Notes under the pieces: model-generated
Told to the model about the DNA's origin: nothing
The model's database searches: none
Seen by the model: only the letters and a program-made list of their open reading frames with translations
Source of the DNA: Eledone cirrhosa
Taxonomy: Eukaryota
Length of the DNA: 64,000 nucleotides
Direction: 5' to 3'
NCBI GenBank assembly: GCA_964016885.1
Contig: OZ024743.1
Span: 138,694,001 to 138,758,000, forward strand
In this document: positions 60,420-64,000 of the stretch, in pieces
Layout: every line of letters begins with the position of its first letter
Position numbering within the stretch: the first letter of the stretch is position 1
Made by a program: the position numbers and the translations under genes

Positions 60420-62850
60420 CCAGGCACCAAGCACCAAGCACCAAGCACCAAGCAAAAAACACAAAGCACCAAGCACCAAGCACCAAACACCAAACACCAA
60501 ACACCAGGCACCAAGCACCAAGCAGCAAGCACCAAGCACCAAGCACAAAGCACCAAACACCAAACACCAAGCACTAAGCACCAAACACCAAACACCAAGC
60601 ACAAAGCACCAAAGAGCAAAAACAAAGCACCAAGCACCAAACACCAAACACCAAACACCAAACACCAAACAGCAAACACCAAACAGCAAAAACCAAACAG
60701 CAAACAGCAAACACCAAACACCAAACACCAAGCACCAAGTACCAAGCACCAAACAACAACACCAAGCACCAAGCACCAAACACCACGCACCAAGCACCAA
60801 ACACCAAACACCAAGCTCCAAGCACCAAACACCAAACACCAAGCACCAAGCAGCAAACACCAATCACCAAGCACCAAGCACCAAACACCAAGCACCAAAC
60901 ACCAAGCACCAATCACCAAACACCAAACACCAAGAACCAAGCACCAAACACCAAACACCAAGCACCTAGCACCAAACACCAAGCACCAAGCACCAAGCAA
61001 CAAACACCAAGCACCAAGCACCAAACACCAAGCACCAAGCACGAAACACCAAGCACCAAGCACCGAGCACCAAACACCAAGTACCAAGCACCAATCACCA
61101 AACACCAAGCACCAAGCACCAAACACCAAACACCAAACACCAAGCACCAAGCACCAAACACCAAACACCAAAAACCAAGCACCAAACACCAAATACCAAG
61201 CACCAAGCACCAAACACCAAGCACCAAGCACCAAGCACAAAACACCAAGCACCAAGCGCTAAACATAAAACACTAAGCACCAAGCACCAAGCACCAAGCA
61301 CCAAACACCAAACATCAAACACCAATCACCAAACATCAAACAGCAAACACCAAACACCAAACACCAAACATCAAACAGCAAACAACAAACAACAAATGCC
61401 AAACATCAAACGCCAAACACCAAACACCAAATAGCAAACACCAAACCGCAAACACCAAACACCAAACAGGAAACACCAAACACCAAACAGCGAACACCAA
61501 ACAGCAAACACCAAACACCAAGCACCAAGCACCAAACACCAAGCACCAAGCACCAAACACCAAAAACCAAGCACCAAGCACTAAACACCAAGCACCAAGC
61601 ACCGAGCACCAAACACCAAGTACCAAGCACCAATCACCAAACACCAAGCACCAAGCACCAAACACCAAACACCAAACACCAAGCACCAAGCACCAAACAC
61701 CAAACACCAAGAACCAAGCACCAAAAACCAAACACCAGGCACCAAGGACCAAGCACCAAGCACCAAGCAAAAAACACAAAGCACCAAGCACCAAGCACCA
61801 AACACCAAACACCAAACACCAGGCACCAAGCACCAAGCAGCAAGCACCAAGCACCAAGCACAAAGCACCAAACACCAAACACCAAGCACTAAGCACCAAA
61901 CACCAAACACCAAGCACAAAGCACCAAAGAGCAAAAACAAAGCACCAAGCACCAAACACCAAACACCAAACACCAAACACCAAACAGCAAACACCTAACA
62001 GCAAACAGCAAACAGCAAACAGCAAACACCAAACACCAAACACCAAGCACCAAGTACCAAGCACCAAACAACAACACCAAGCACCAAGCACCAAACACCA
62101 AGCACTAAGCACCAAACACCAAACACCAAGCTCCAAGCACCAAACACCAAACACCAAGCACCAAGCAGCAAACACCAATCACCAAGCACCAAGCACCAAA
62201 CACCAAGCACCAAACACCAAGCACCAATCACCAAACACCAAACACCAGCGCACCAAGCACCAAACACCAAGCACCAAGCACCAAGCACCAAACACCAAAC
62301 ACCAAACACCAAGCACCTAGCACCAAACACCAAGCACCAAGCACCAAGCAACAAACACCAAGCACCAAGCACCAAACACCAAGCACCAAGCATAAAACAC
62401 CAAGCACCAAGCACCGAGCACCAAACACCAAGTACCAAGCACCAAACACCAAACACCAAGCACCAAGCACCAAACACCAAACACCAAGAACCAAGCACCA
62501 AACACCAAATACCAAGCACCAAGCACCAAACACCAAGCACCAAGCACCAAGCACAAAACACCAAGCACCAAGCGCTAAACATAAAACACTAAGCACCAAG
62601 CACCAAGCACCAAGCACCAAACACCAAACATCAAACACCAATCACCAAACATCAAACAGCAAACACCAAACACCAAACACCAAACATCAAACACCAAACA
62701 GCAAACAACAAACAACAAATGCCAAACATCAAACGCCAAACACCAAACACCAAATAGCAAACACCAAACCGCAAACACCAAACACCAAACAGGAAACACC
62801 AAACACCAAACAGCGAACAACAAACAGCAAACACCAAACACCAAGCACCA
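60420..62850 (-). repeat. Tandem duplication, period ~1315 bp
   Basis: ORF offsets 60574/61889 and 60913/62228 (1315), 61336/62652 (1316). Private markers gcgctaaacataaaacact (~61256, ~62572) and gagcaaaaacaaagc (~60614, ~61928). Confidence 0.88.
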
Positions 62851-64000
62851 AGCACCAAGCACAAAAGACCAAGCACCAAGCGCCAAACACCAAACACCAA
62901 GCACCAAGCACCAAACACCAAGCACCAAACACCAAACACCAATCACCAACCGCCAAACACCAAATACCAAGCACCAAGCACTAAACACCAAGCATCAAGC
63001 ACCAAGCACCAAACACCAAGCACCAAGCACCAAGCACCAAGCACCAAACACAAAACACCAAGCACCAAGCACCAAGCATCAAGCACCAAGCACCAAACAC
63101 CAAGCGCCAAGCACCAAGCACCAAGCACCAAACACAAAATACCAAGTACCAAGCACCAAGCACCAAACACCAAACACCAAACACCAAGCACCAAGCACCA
63201 AACACCAAACACCAAGCACCAAGCACCAGACACCAAGCACCAAGCACCAAGCACCAATCACCAAACACCAAGCACTAAGCACCAAATACCAAACACCAAG
63301 CTCCAAGCACCAAACACCAAACACCAAGCACCAAGCACCAAACCTCAATCACCAAGCACCAAGCACCAAACCCCAAGCACCAAACACCAAGCACCAATCA
63401 CCAAACACCAAACACCAAGAACCAAGCACCAAACACAAAACACCAAGCACCAAGCACCAAACACCAAGCACCAAGCACCAAGCACCAAACACCAAGCACC
63501 AAGTACCAAACACCAAACACCAAGCACCAAGCACCAAACACCAAACACCAAGCACCAAGCGCCAAACACTAAACACCAGGCTCCAAGCACAAAACACCAA
63601 GCACCAAGCACCAAGCACCAAACACCAAACACCAAACACCAAGCACCGAGCACCAAACACCAAGCACCAAGCACCAAGCAACAAACAACAAGCACCAAGC
63701 ACCAAACACCAAGCACCAAGCACCAAGCACCAAATGCCAAACACCAAGCACCAAGCAGCAAGCACCAAGCACCAAGCACCAGACACGAAGCACCAAGCAC
63801 CAAGCACCAAGCATCAAGCACCAAATACCAAACACCAAGCACCAAGCACCACACACCAAACACCAAGCACCAAGCACCAAACACCAAACACCAAACACCA
63901 GGCACCAAGCACCAATCACCAAGCACCAAGCCAAAAACACAATGCACCAAGCACCAAGCACCAAACACCAAACACCAAACACCAGGCACCAAGCACCAAG

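Larger units (their letters stand above)
46416..64000 (-). repeat. Heptamer satellite array (RCACCAA)n, right arm, same repeat inverted
   Basis: Continuous GCACCAA/ACACCAA units (reverse complement of TTGGTGC/TTGGTGT) from cacccaacaccaaac at 46416 to the window end, with variants ACAGCAA, ACGCCAA, TCACCAA, ATACCAA. It runs off the right edge. Confidence 0.99.

Noticed and set aside
43-63992. Hundreds of ORFs encoding (WCLVLGA/WCLVFGV)n hydrophobic heptads
   Set aside because: The G/T strand consensus has no A, so it cannot form stops. Period 7 is coprime with 3, so all three frames give the same peptide. ORF ends coincide with sporadic A variants, and there is no codon-position bias or non-repeat domain.
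1-64000. CRISPR array or other repeat-spacer system
   Set aside because: There are no unique spacers and no cas or other genes. All variation is point mutation of the same 7-mer.

Overview
The whole window is one family of 7-bp tandem satellite DNA, consensus TTGGTGY (TTGGTGC and TTGGTGT intermixed; RCACCAA on the other strand). I find no credible gene, RNA gene, mobile element or CRISPR array. The array flips orientation once. Positions 1-~46416 carry the G/T-rich strand on + (about 6,600 units by length/7), and ~46416-64000 carry it on - (about 2,500 units), so the two G-rich strands converge head-to-head at a sharp junction with no spacer. The arms are not mirror images: each has its own rare variant units and its own nested block duplications (left offsets ~2.75, ~3.5, ~7.3-8 and ~9.9 kb; right ~0.5, ~1.3, ~2-2.6 and ~3 kb). 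All listed ORFs are expected by-products of a stop-free 7-mer read in three frames. An array this long and pure is most typical of eukaryotic heterochromatin (pericentromeric, subtelomeric or interstitial telomere-like), but the organism and locus cannot be determined from the window. Block boundaries were read by eye and are approximate; offsets come from matching marker units and the supplied ORF coordinates.
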